Source: Bugula neritina
Taxonomy: Eukaryota; Animalia; Bryozoa
Reading direction: 5' to 3'
Assembly (NCBI GenBank): GCA_964035545.1
Contig: OZ037769.1
Span: 11,562,633 to 11,626,632 of the forward strand
Length of the DNA stretch: 64,000 bases
Position 1 is the stretch's first letter; each line of letters opens with the position of its first letter. The notes under the pieces are model-generated. The model was given only the letters and a program-made list of their open reading frames with translations, had not been told where the DNA came from and searched no databases. The position numbers and the translations under genes were made by a program. Shown here piece after piece: positions 14,901 through 25,102 of the stretch.

Positions 14901-17900
14901 GTTTCGGTTAATCGGGCCACGGGTACTCTTCCTCTTCTACGGTAGGAGGGGGGGGGTGGCTGCGTGACGGTAGGATCTATCTTCTAGTTCCTCCCTTAGG
15001 CAGTCTCACCCGCAACAGAACGCCAGACTGTTGAAGGGGTTTACACCTGTCAGTACGACACCTCGACCGAGTCTCGCAATCTACTAACCACTGATTAATA
15101 ATAATCATGTGGCCGACCGCCCCACTCAAGTCGTCAGTGAATCACCTGACTTGGGAAACCAACTTTATCGTTATGATAAAGCGAGACTGATTTAGGCTAC
15201 TAGCTTGAATTCTACTTAATTAATAGAATTATACTAGTAGACTTACCATAAGACAGCCCTGACTTTTAGTCTGCTGCCCACTTAGGCTACGTAGTACGCC
15301 AGCCTGCCAAGTACATGCGTGCACGTTGGCAGTTGAAATAGAAAAGAACGCTTTTTGCAGTGAAAGTGATCACATAATACCTCCTTCACTAGCGAGCTGA
15401 CTTCGCTCTTTCCTTTACCTCGCCCCCCAGACTTCTTTTGTACTTGTCGACACGCTACAAGATGCAGTACGTGTCGACCAAGTCGCACAAGAAGTCTCTC
15501 AAATAAGATGGTGGCGCCCTGGTACGTTGGCTACGTTCCAACGGTACTGGGGAATTTGCTGCGACTGGTGACTTTTCCACCAAAGGTGGTGTCACCAGTA
15601 CGGGGGGGTCCACCCCCAGCTGCCTCTCCCTCAGTATCCTGAGGAATTTCCATCTCATCCGGAACGATGGGCCTGTCGACCGGCTCCGACAGGTCTTCAG
15701 GTGTGTCGACCTCCTCTTCCTGGGGTGGAGGAGGTTGGGGCTGGTCGGCTGGCGCATCAGCCGCCCCGTCCTGGTCTGGCAGTATCTCCTCAATCTCTCG
15801 ATATGCCATGGGTCGCCCCCTCATAGGGGGGCGCCTAGCTGGCTCCAAGAGAGGAGGTGCTTGACCTGCCGCATCAGGACTTGCCCAGTGAGGTTTTAGC
15901 CGTGCCTCGTTCTGGACCGACACTTGTCCAGACCGTTCCACTTTGTATGTGTGATTTGGCATTACCTCAATTACGCAGTAGGGACCTACGAACTTCGGCT
16001 GCAACTTGGCTGCCTGTCCGCGCCTGCGGCGATGACTGGTCATCCAGACCCAGTCCCCCACCTTGTATAAAGGTGGGTCGTCAGAGTCACCACTCCTGAC
16101 CTGCCACTGCTGCTCACGTAGCACCTCGTGAGCCGTCCCCATGCGTTTTACGAGCTTGTCCACGTAGTCGTGGACATTGCTCTCTGGATTCGGAACATGA
16201 TAGGTTACGTGCTCAGGAACCCTTGTTTCTCTCCCCAGCATGAGAAAATTAGGGGTCTCCAGTGTACTGGAGTGAGGGGTACTACGGTACGCTCGCATGA
16301 TCTGCGGCAACACCAAGTCCCACTCTTCCTGGCTCCTACCGATAAGCAGGCTTCTCAGAGAGTCCCCTAGCATTCGGTTGTTCCGCTCCACGACCCCGTT
16401 CCCTTGCGGGTGATACGGGGTCGTCTGACTCTGGTTTACCCCCCACATTCTACAGAGATCGCTCATAAGTTGCGACTGAAACTGGGCGCCCTGGTCAGAG
16501 TGTATCTGCTCCGGCAAGCCGAAATAGCAGAACACCTGTTGATCCAGAGCTCTGGCCACCGAGGGGGCCGATGCATCTGGAATAGCCAGTGCATCAGACC
16601 ACAGCGTGAAATGGTCAGTTAATACCAGTATCCAGTTATTACCTCTCGCTGTAGTGGGCATGGGGCCTACCAGATCGACAGCAACCACCTGCCACGGACG
16701 ACCGGCATGGAGGCGACGCCTCCCTGCGGTCTCAGTGGGGCGGCCATGCTTGCTAGCTTGGCACACCTCGCACTTCCGCACCCGGAGTCGGACATCCCGG
16801 GTCATACCGGGCCAAAACCACTGGAGTTGAAGACACCTGATCACCCGGCTAGCTCCTGCGTGAGCTTGCTTATGGGTGTCCCAGATCAACTCCCGCCGCA
16901 GAGCTGACGGGCAGACTACCCTCTCTCGTTCACTGCGATTGGTGCCGGCTGCCAACGTGATCGTTAGCAGCCCATCGCTGTTGAACCTTAGGGAGTCCCA
17001 GCGGTCACAGAAGTACTTAAACTCAGTACTCTTCACTCGCTGTTCAGCCTCACTCGGCCGCCGTCCCTCCTTCTTGGCCCGGACTAGGTCAGCTACCACT
17101 CCTGGTAGCGTGGACTGGAGCCGGCATAGCTCCCTGACGTTCCGAAGCAACGTGGGGTTTGCGTGAAGGTTGTTAACAGCTTTGTTGGGTGATTCGGACA
17201 GGAGTTGCCCTTCTTCCCAGCTGCACACACCCGCTTTCCCCAACTGCGCTTCGACGTCCGAGCGAGGGGGTCCACCGTCCCTGCGCTCGATATTCTGGCA
17301 TTGCTTACACCCATCTGCCTGGCGGCGGCTGAGTCCATCTGCATTACCGTGTTTCTTACCGGGTCGATGCTCGATCCGATAAGAAAACTCTGCCAGGATC
17401 TCTAGCCAGCGCGCCACTTGGCTGGATGGTTCTGCCCGTCGACACAGCCATATCAGGGACGCATGATCCGTCCGAAGCCGGAATGTGCGCCCATATAGAT
17501 ATGGTCTAAAGTGTTTGACCGCCTTGACTACTGCCAAGAGTTCCCTCCTGGTTGTACAGTAGTTCTTCTCAGGCGCCGACAGGGCCTTGCTATAGTAAGC
17601 CACCACCACCTCGCGACCATCTTGGACCTGCGATAGCACAGCCCCCACATTATGGTTACTGGCATCAGTATCCAAAATGTACTCCTTCGCAGGGTCAGGA
17701 TACGCCAAGATGGGTGCTTCCACCAGGCGATCCTTCAGGTGGTCAAATGCCTTCTGCTCAACCTGCGTCCACTGCCATCGCACCCCCTTTGCGGTCAGCC
17801 GATTTAACGGCTGTGCAATTCCTGCGAAGCCTGGTATGTACTGACGATAGTACCCTACCAGCCCCAGGAACGCCCGCAATTCAGAGAGGTCGACAGGAAC

Positions 17901-20900
17901 GGCCCAGTCCCTCACAGCCCGTACCTTCTCGGGGTCGGTGGCGACCCCGTCTCGACCAACTACATGGCCCAGGTACTTGACCTCGCGTTGCAGTAATGCA
18001 CACTTCGAGGGCTTTAGCTTCAGGTTAGCAGCTCGGAGTCTGTCGAACACCTCCCTGAGTCGACTGACATGTGTGTCGAAGTCGGGGGAGATGACGATGA
18101 CATCATCGAGATATATGAGCAAGGTCTTCCAGTGCAGCCCACTCAGGACCTGCTCCATGAGTCGCTGGAAGGTGGCTGGTGCGGACGTCAGTCCGAATGG
18201 CAACACCTTCCATTTCCAGAGCCCATCCCGCGTTATGAACGCGGCCTTGTCCTGTGCTTCAGGACTCAGGGGCACCTGCCAATACCCGCTTAGCAAGTCC
18301 AACGTGCTGAAAAACTTGCTACCAGCTAAGGCATCGAGCGACTCATCGATCCTCGGGAGAGGGTAAGCGTCCTGGATGGTCACGCTGTTCAGCCTGCGAT
18401 AGTCAACGCAAAACCTCCAGCTACCATCCTTTTTCCGAACCAAAACGACTGGAGAACTCCAGGCCCCATGGCCTGGCTCAATCAGGTCCCGGTTCAGAAG
18501 GTCTTGCACCTGACGGCTCACTTCTCTCTCCTTCTCAGGACCTAACCGACGGGTCGGCTGCCGAATCGGCACCGTCCCCGCCGCCAGGGGTATCTCATGA
18601 CGAACCGTCTCAGTCAGACCCATGTCATGGTCGCCGCAACTGAACACGTCCTTGTACTCAGAGAGTAGCCGCGCCATCTCCAGGCGTTCTCGCTTGCTCT
18701 CGCAGCCATCACAGGCATCCTCGTACAACTCTGTTACGTGTTCAGGCACCGGCCCCCTGCCGTCTCTAGTGGGTACTCCCCGGGCACCGCCCGCTGTTTC
18801 CAGCGCGGGCCCTACATCCTCCTCTTGCACGGAGTGGAACTTCCCTACTAGAGACCCAGCCGGTAATTCTACCGGCTCCGTGAAAGGGTTTACGCACTGG
18901 ACCAGGAACTCCCTCCGCTCATCCAGTCTATTCAGACTGTTAGCGAGCTGGACGCCCCCCAGTGCACCTTCCACCACTCCGAGCTCGGAGATCTCCCTAC
19001 AGTTCACTCTGCAGCGAACTGTAGCCCGGGAGCGCCCAGGTACAGTACAGCGCTGTACCACCTGCACTCCCCCCACCAAGGGTCGGCCAAATCGGTCGAC
19101 ACAGGCCAGCTCACGCCCCGCCATCACTACTGCCGACTTGCTAAAGTCGATGTAGCACCTGTGTCTCTTCAGAAATGGCATGCCCAAGATGGCATCCTCC
19201 TTGAGTTGACTGACGATGAAGGTCTCACTGATCATCTGATCACGGACTCTACCAGTCAACTGGATTACCCCATAGAAAGGAATACACGACCCGTCCGCCA
19301 ACGTGCCGTGTTCCCCCTCATATGGTTCTAGGCTAGCCCTGTCCTTGGCACTGAGAGTGTCGAAGAGACGTCGACTCAGTAGATTTGTGGTACACCCAGT
19401 ATCCAACAGGAATGTGGCAGCTTTACCAGCAATTACAGTATTTTAGAGTTGGTACAAGGAAGTAAATGTACCAAATTTACATGGTCTACTTTTTGTTTTT
19501 ATCAAATTTCTGACTTACAGCCTGGTTGGGTTTTTTGTTTATGTAATTGATACCGCAGCTGTAAAATTAATGTCAACTGTGTGAAACCAAGTATTTAACA
19601 ACACATAAAAAATATTACATTGATTCTAAACTTGTATAAATTGATATCACAGCTAGGATAGATGTTGGTAATAGAGGCATAAACTCAGCACCCAATGTTG
19701 GACAAGCTCAGATAGAGCATGCTGAAATCTTCTCACCCTCCCCTGCCAGAACCCAAAGTGTAGAGACTACCGAGTGTAAGAATAAGGAGAGCTCTGGTGA
19801 TTTGTTAGTAGCTGAACCTTCCACTGAGTGTGAGTAGCACAGCTATGCTTTCTTAATAAATCCTCATAATTAATGATATTCCTACATTTCTCATGCATTA
19901 GGAGTGTTTACTATGTTTACTAAAATGACCCTGTCTACCATTAAGACAATTTTGCCTGATCATTTCACAATAAAGTAAACAATTTGCATTCAGTGGTGGC
20001 TACACTTATTTGGCAGTATCTGTAAACATGAGCAGTTTATTTCACAGCTGGGATAGATGCTGGCGACAGAGACATAGGCCAAGAACCTGGTGTTGAATCA
20101 ACTCAGATAGTGGATGCTGGAATAGTGTCACCTTCTCCTGCTAAAAAACAAGAGATTGAGAATCCTGAGTTTACGATTAAGGAAAACTCTGATGATTTGC
20201 TAATAGCTGAATCTCTCACGGAGTGTGAGTAGAGCAGCTATTGATAATTTTAATAAATCCTTATGGCTAATTTTACTATATTCTTCAAGCATTATAAACA
20301 CAGATATTTTTTTGCACATCAATTCTTCTGTACATCTTTGGATGTGCATTTCACAATAAAGTGAATAGCTTTCATTCTATAATGAATGAAAATAAATAAT
20401 ATGATCTACTCTACTGTCGGCATTTGTTTCACAGCTGGAAAAGATATTGGTGACAAAGACTCAGTACCTGATACTGGGCAATTTCAAAAAGAGGATGGGA
20501 AAACAGGGTCACCCCTTCCTGTTAGAATTCTAGGAGATAAAGATGCTGAGGCTATGACCAGACTGAACTATGATGATCTGCTAGTAGTGAAAGCTAGCAT
20601 GGAGTGTGAGTCTACTCAGGCTACTCAGTGTTGTACTTCTGTATGCATCTTCACTGAACTATATTTACTTACTGAATACTAGACCTCATAGAGGGTGAAG
20701 AGGTGTACTGGGGAATGCTACATATTTTTAGCAGGGGTGGGCAACTTGTTTTGCTCATGGCCAAGTTCAGAGGTCAGCCAAAACGAAGGGCCACATGATT
20801 GTACACTTATTAAATTTTATTATAATAAAGTAATTTGACGCCAAACCTGTACTGCGCCAATCAAAATAGCAATGACAGTTTTTACCTATCCTAAGCATTA

Positions 20901-22225
20901 AAAGGGCCACTGAAAAGTGAGCAAAAAGGTTCCATATTCCCATCACAATGTGTCCCAATTTAATCTCTGTTTCATGTATTTCTATACATCAATATTAACT
21001 ATTGTAGCATTTACATCAAAGATACATCCTGTGTATGGGTCGCTAATGGTTAGAGCTCTTGTTTCTTCAATGTATAGACATTCCGGTCACCATGATCTCT
21101 ACACTATATTCAAACAGGTAGGTTACCAGCTAATTTTTTTAATACAGACTCCATTACCCTAGAAACCACAGTTGCAAAGAAACACTGTGAAACCACATTG
21201 CATCTGTAGCAATGCTGAAAGACATTCACTGGTTCCAAGCTTCGAATAAATGATTTTTCATGTTTAGAAGCAGTTGCATCTAATGAAACCACATAACTAC
21301 AATCATAGGTTCATGCAAACCGCAACCACAAACTCAGCCTTATGAACCTCCATTCCCAATGTCCAAAGTCATGGTAACTCGGCAAACCCAATGTTTTCAA
21401 TGGCCAACTAAATTTCTCCCAATATAGTTACAGCAGCCATCACAATGCTACATGCAAATAATTGTAAACAAAAAATGGCATGTCAATAGGTGGGCTGGTC
21501 TCGTGATGTGTTGGAAAAGAACTATTCCAGATCACTTTAAGAAGAGATGCTTGAAAGTTTAAACCCTACTATCAGCATGTTGTTTTTATCATGTAGCTGA
21601 GAATAGGATTCTTTTTCACTCTCAATTTTGTCAAATTAAGCGGAATTATTTATTTTCTGTTCTCAAAAAACTATCAACCTTCAAAAACTATGCAACAGTT
21701 TGCTGCCCAGTCGGTGTGAATTGACTCAAGTCATTTTCTGTTGCATGATTTTGCTTGATTACTTTATGGTTTTTACCCAACTTTGATGTACTTTCAGTAT
21801 GAATAGTCAACTCTGCTTGCTCCATTCTACTGCTAGAAAGCTTTTAGTTTAATAGAGAGGTAGTTCTCCCCTGAAAGCTATAGTCTGCAACAGCAACAAG
21901 GCTTATAGTAGTACTCATATATTCCACTATGACATCATCCTTCTGTCTGAGTCTCAGAAGGTAGAATTCTGGGATATCTGACTCATGTCACATGACTCGT
22001 AGTCACATAGCTTCAAGTCATAAACTTTTTTCTTTGAAATGTAAATTGTTGAAATATACAGTTTATTGTGATTATGTTTAGGTACAGACTAAAGTCAGGA
22101 AACTGTGCCTAGAGAAAAGGTTAGACAGTGGACAGCTGGTTGTAGCCTGGGATACTCTCACTCACATGAGAAAACTTTACCTGTTTTCTGGTTTCAATGG
22201 ATACAAAAGAGATGATAACTCTTAA
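2954..22225 (+). CDS. LRR-ROC-COR-caspase fusion gene, copy 1 (14 predicted coding exons; +1 frameshift just before the caspase domain)
   Basis: Phase-compatible GT-AG exons: 2954-2963 (ATG GCG GAA G), 3554-3788, 3974-4117, 4776-4919, 5535-5678, 8443-10451, 10915-11007, 11336-11527, 11634-11804, 12008-12230, 19653-19829, 20048-20224, 20435-20605, 21008-21117, 22082-22225 (TAA). All have counterparts in copy 2. The frame closes if one T in the run at 11507-11513 is removed. Confidence 0.85.
3554..3788 (+). CDS. Copy 1 N-terminal exon (ERRYYVWFNS...FPHLTHLLLKGI), LRR cap-like
   Basis: Acceptor ttgcag and donor gtaatg, phase 1 to 2, open frame. Homologous to the open exon at 49732-49966. Confidence 0.8.
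3974..5678 (+). CDS. Copy 1 LRR exon array: three 144-nt phase 2-2 exons (3974-4117, 4776-4919, 5535-5678), two LRRs each
   Basis: Each encodes I-S-x-L-x-N-L-x-x-L-N-V-S-x-N-x-L-S-x-x-L-P-D-D-M-F-x-S-L-Q-S-L-K-E-L-N-I-S-x-C-x-L-x-T-L-P, flanked by ttacag and AG|gt. Confidence 0.9.
4128..4584 (-). mobile_element. Solo LTR in the first LRR intron of copy 1
   Basis: TG...CA termini and 4-bp TSD ACTG (4124-4127, 4585-4588). Absent from the homologous intron of copy 2 (after 50279). TTTATT near 4225 suggests minus orientation. Confidence 0.75.
6691..6818. repeat. Short GC-rich palindromic element with internal TTCGGCA/TGCCGAA repeats
   Basis: Ends CCTTTGTTGCTGAGATC ... GATCTCGGCAACAAAGG are inverted; internal short repeats occur in both orientations. 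Confidence 0.6.
7299..8359. mobile_element. Non-autonomous DNA transposon, PIF/Harbinger-like (TTA target duplication)
   Basis: Absent in copy 2, where the empty site reads AAGTTTTAACAT (~57438). Ends TAGCTTGTTCAGA ... TTTGAATAAGCTA, flanked by TTA. Confidence 0.65.
8443..10451 (+). CDS. Copy 1 large exon: last LRRs + ROC GTPase + COR domain (Roco family, MFHAS1-like layout)
   Basis: ORF 8513..10474. Pre-ROC motif PPLEVCRGG, P-loop GNTMAGKTS, G3 DMGGQ, G4 THRD, COR motif YMHDCGKILWY, C-terminal HCGHC. Confidence 0.92.
11634..12230 (+). CDS. Copy 1 caspase large (p20) subunit exons 11634-11804 and 12008-12230
   Basis: VYSMTRKRGRALIINNKNF...LCRAGSDVD, then VLVIMTHG (catalytic His) and GKPKIIILETCSG (catalytic Cys, QACRG position). 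Confidence 0.9.
13899..19437 (-). mobile_element. Ty3/Gypsy LTR retrotransposon A (3' LTR ~13899-14547; gag and nearly all of the 5' LTR deleted)
   Basis: TG start at 13899. ATTACA at 14542-14547 is followed by a PPT complement (CTCTCCTCACCT). The right end ATTACA at 19432-19437 abuts the protease region. 4-bp TSD GTAT on both sides. Confidence 0.85.
15531..19406 (-). CDS. pol: Gypsy A pol polyprotein (aspartic protease, RT, RNase H, integrase)
   Basis: Open 1291 aa: DTG, YLDD, TDAS, HHCC zinc finger, DDE core (VDLVGP, SDQG, VERNNR), GPY motif; order PR-RT-RH-IN. Confidence 0.95.
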   Translation of the reverse strand: MDTGCTTNLLSRRLFDTLSAKDRASLEPYEGEHGTLADGSCIPFYGVIQLTGRVRDQMISETFIVSQLKEDAILGMPFLKRHRCYIDFSKSAVVMAGRELACVDRFGRPLVGGVQVVQRCTVPGRSRATVRCRVNCREISELGVVEGALGGVQLANSLNRLDERREFLVQCVNPFTEPVELPAGSLVGKFHSVQEEDVGPALETAGGARGVPTRDGRGPVPEHVTELYEDACDGCESKRERLEMARLLSEYKDVFSCGDHDMGLTETVRHEIPLAAGTVPIRQPTRRLGPEKEREVSRQVQDLLNRDLIEPGHGAWSSPVVLVRKKDGSWRFCVDYRRLNSVTIQDAYPLPRIDESLDALAGSKFFSTLDLLSGYWQVPLSPEAQDKAAFITRDGLWKWKVLPFGLTSAPATFQRLMEQVLSGLHWKTLLIYLDDVIVISPDFDTHVSRLREVFDRLRAANLKLKPSKCALLQREVKYLGHVVGRDGVATDPEKVRAVRDWAVPVDLSELRAFLGLVGYYRQYIPGFAGIAQPLNRLTAKGVRWQWTQVEQKAFDHLKDRLVEAPILAYPDPAKEYILDTDASNHNVGAVLSQVQDGREVVVAYYSKALSAPEKNYCTTRRELLAVVKAVKHFRPYLYGRTFRLRTDHASLIWLCRRAEPSSQVARWLEILAEFSYRIEHRPGKKHGNADGLSRRQADGCKQCQNIERRDGGPPRSDVEAQLGKAGVCSWEEGQLLSESPNKAVNNLHANPTLLRNVRELCRLQSTLPGVVADLVRAKKEGRRPSEAEQRVKSTEFKYFCDRWDSLRFNSDGLLTITLAAGTNRSERERVVCPSALRRELIWDTHKQAHAGASRVIRCLQLQWFWPGMTRDVRLRVRKCEVCQASKHGRPTETAGRRRLHAGRPWQVVAVDLVGPMPTTARGNNWILVLTDHFTLWSDALAIPDASAPSVARALDQQVFCYFGLPEQIHSDQGAQFQSQLMSDLCRMWGVNQSQTTPYHPQGNGVVERNNRMLGDSLRSLLIGRSQEEWDLVLPQIMRAYRSTPHSSTLETPNFLMLGRETRVPEHVTYHVPNPESNVHDYVDKLVKRMGTAHEVLREQQWQVRSGDSDDPPLYKVGDWVWMTSHRRRRGQAAKLQPKFVGPYCVIEVMPNHTYKVERSGQVSVQNEARLKPHWASPDAAGQAPPLLEPARRPPMRGRPMAYREIEEILPDQDGAADAPADQPQPPPPQEEEVDTPEDLSEPVDRPIVPDEMEIPQDTEGEAAGGGPPRTGDTTFGGKVTSRSKFPSTVGT
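19653..20605 (+). CDS. Copy 1 three homologous phase 1-1 exons encoding the caspase inter-subunit linker + first p10 strand (19653-19829, 20048-20224, 20435-20605)
   Basis: Each starts cacag|CT-x-x-D-x-G and ends D-L-L-[VI]-[AV]-x-x-x-x-E|gtgagt. Lengths 177/177/171 nt, all open. Confidence 0.8.
21008..22225 (+). CDS. Copy 1 caspase small (p10) subunit exons 21008-21117 and 22082-22225
   Basis: SFTSKIHPVYGSLMVRAL...DLYTIFKQ|VQTKVR...QLVVAWDTLTHMRKLYLFSG matches the caspase p10 pattern (GS-x-F, V..KV, Q....TL.K.LYLF). Confidence 0.85.
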
Positions 22226-24001
22226 ATATACACTGTATTATAGACTTCATTCTAGGTTCACAGATGGCAGTAGTGCACTTAGTGAATCTATAAAATTATA
22301 TGCTTGTGAACATTTTATAGTAGTGACTTTATAAGATTACAGAAATAATTGTGTGCTATGGCAAAAGTTCTCTGATGAAACTAATAGTCATTCTATATTT
22401 ATTGTAATCATGCTGTATGTGTGGCACACATATATGTATACTGATTTTTTGGTATAATAAACTGCTAATTTGTATATTTTCATGTTTTTGAGAACATATT
22501 CTTCATATAATGTATCCAGCTACAGCTGTCTATATTTATTATGATGCTGCATTTTACTGGAGTATTAAGTTTTAACATTCATTTTATTAGTATACAAGTT
22601 TCCATTGTATGTTTGTTCTATAATTATGTTTGATTTCACTTAAATTCTGCATATAATCACTGCTACCTAAATAAACTGAATAATATCCCAGAATGAAACA
22701 TTCGAACAATTTCAAGCACGCATTTTAACAAGAATAGTAACAAAGTTATTCACTTCTAAAATGTTTTATACTTGATGATGTTGACAAACGTACTATTAAT
22801 GCTTGCTTGTGGTCACATGATCAGTCAGTTCATGGTGGAAACTGGGGGTTAGGTTCACAATCCGAGATAAAGTTTTGTTCTCTCCTGATGGTTTATCTTG
22901 GGTCTAGGTAAATGTTTCCAGGTGGGTGTGGACCTGCCACCTTTGAGCACTTCGAGAAATCCAAGATGGCCACTAATTATGAAAGAAATCTTAATCTACT
23001 GTAGTAGATATGAAGTCTATAGTATGCTGGGGAAAATTGATTTTCTTTTTATTCAAGTAGATGTGCAATTTTAGAATGAATATGTGCTATGCCAAGGAAT
23101 AGGAACAGAAGTAAAGACCCAAGAGACATGTTGCTCAGCTCAAAAAATCTAAATTTATTCATAAAAATCACATGGTAAAAACGATAAAAAAAACTTTCAA
23201 AATTGCCTGGACAGTTACATATAGAAAAAACGTTGCTTATTGCCGGTGAATAACAAATGAAAAAAGGATTCAGATGCGCATTGTTTAGCTAAAGTTAAAA
23301 TATACCATAATGTATGTAAGTAAACAAATGCCACAAATTCTGATCATGTTCAGATTATACCATTCGGTATAGAAATGCAATCGAATTTTGAGTTTGAGAA
23401 ACATATTGTTATAATTTTCAGATTTAGGGTTGATGTGCTATCCAGAGAGTCTATTTATTTGCTATAGAACTGCACCAGGATAAGTCGAGTGAACGAGTAT
23501 ATTTTACACACAATTATACATTATAAAAACGATACATTATATTCAAACAAGTTACACATCTAATCTATTTCACACTCTAGCTTCGACTGAGTTAGCAGCG
23601 GGAAACTACAATTGCTGCTAACTATCAACTACGCTAATTGGCTATCCATTGTTCCGGGTCAATTACGCGACCCTACATGTTGTGCTGCTAGTAGTTCCAC
23701 GAACCACCACACCGCCCCCACCAGCAGAAAGCCATCTTTCTAATATATATATAAAAAAAACATTCATTAGTAACCGCATACATCAGTGGACAAAAATAAC
23801 ACATAATATACAGGAAGAGACATAATAATAGACAGAGTCATCATAACGATCCGTTGCATACAATTGGCCAGCTGTAGATAGACGAGGAATACTAGCTAGC
23901 TGTGGTGTTAGACAGGGGATAACCTGTTAAGCAGTTAAACATTTGCATGACATCTTGGTTCCTCCCAAGATGTGAAGTTGCGGAGTATTCTGTGTAGCCA
24001 A

Positions 24002-24822
24002 CTAGAGTCCTTGTTGGGCACGCCGGTGCTTGGCTTGGCATGTACGCAGTTTCCGTTTCATACGGCATACTGATCCCTTTAGCTGGAAGAGTCCTGTTGT
24101 AGTGTTAAGTAAATCTGGTGCCAGCTGGGTGAATTCTTCTTGTAATCGCAGGAGGCGTTCTTCTACTGTGGCTAGGCGTACTGGGTCTGGGGACGGTGTC
24201 CGTCTGCGGCGCAAGGGTGGACTGGGGGACCTGGTTCGTCTCTTCGTCGGGGTAGGGGAGATCTCTCCTTCTTCTGGATATGTAATTTCCTCGGGGGTGT
24301 ATGTAATTTGAGGGCGGTCAGACACCAACGGGGATTGTTGGCGGGCGTTGTCTAACACACGTTGGAACCCCGAGGACAGAACGGCTAACAGCATGGCCTT
24401 CTTCACCAGAGGTCGTATAAGTGTGAGGAACTCCGGGTATAGCTTAGCGTCGACCACGTAGTTTTCTCCAGGGAAACAGCCCGTCGCTCGGTGTCTGGTG
24501 ACGGGGTAGGAATACACATCATTGTACCCGCAGGGGCAGATGTTAGTAGGAGATGAGCATTGACGTGTAGTTTAAGGGAGCGGTGAGAGGCGCAATCTTC
24601 ACCACAGATCTGGCATCTCGTCCGTCCTCTGGACCCCCAGGCCGTTTCTATTTCTTCTTCTGTTTGTGGAGACACCCACCGCCAACGGCGGCGTAGTGGC
24701 TCAGGCCGGTCACCACTAGCATACTCCTCCGGATACGGAGCGGGAAGTGTTCTATCCCGTACCCTGGTTGTAGCGGGTCGAGTGTAATCTGAAAAAGTTT
24801 CAACAGTGTTAATACAGTACAC
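24002..24822 (-). CDS. Gypsy B extra ORF downstream of pol: double zinc finger + Arg/Pro-rich segment + coiled coil (one frameshift near 24545)
   Basis: CQICGEDCASHRSLKLHVNAH then CPCGYNDVYSYPVTRHRATGC. Homologous to a region in element C at about 34560-35200. Confidence 0.7.
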
Positions 24823-25102
24823 TGCCGTGTTGTCAGCTTGAATAGCTTGGCAACTCCTAATTCAGTTACCTCGTAGAGATTTATGGTAGTGAATAGTCAG
24901 ATAGAACACGTATTGCAATGAGATTATAAAAATCTCTAAGTCAAACTGAGTTCTTACTACGGTATTCCACTAACCTATCTCCAGCTCGATTGACTCAGTG
25001 AGTCGGAGCTGAGCGATGCAATCTAGTTTCGTATTAAGATATAGTTAACTCACCCCACGATCTGTTGTCGTAAGACATACTGAATGTGTGAAATGGTTTG
25101 AA

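Larger units (their letters stand above)
12361..19486. mobile_element. Non-autonomous long-TIR DNA element (~1.6 kb, TA flanked) in the caspase intron; its right TIR is split by a Gypsy insertion
   Basis: Left TIR about 12361-12655 is the reverse complement of about 13655-13898 plus 19438-19486. Absent in the copy 2 intron 61302-61541. Confidence 0.75.

Noticed and set aside
15667-19155. Many + strand ORFs of 60-180 aa (also across 25269-30310 and 35943-41160)
   Set aside because: Antisense shadows of GC-rich Gypsy gag/pol with no independent motifs.
24002-24822. env gene in the third-ORF position
   Set aside because: No signal peptide, fusion peptide or transmembrane anchor visible; zinc-finger motifs instead.
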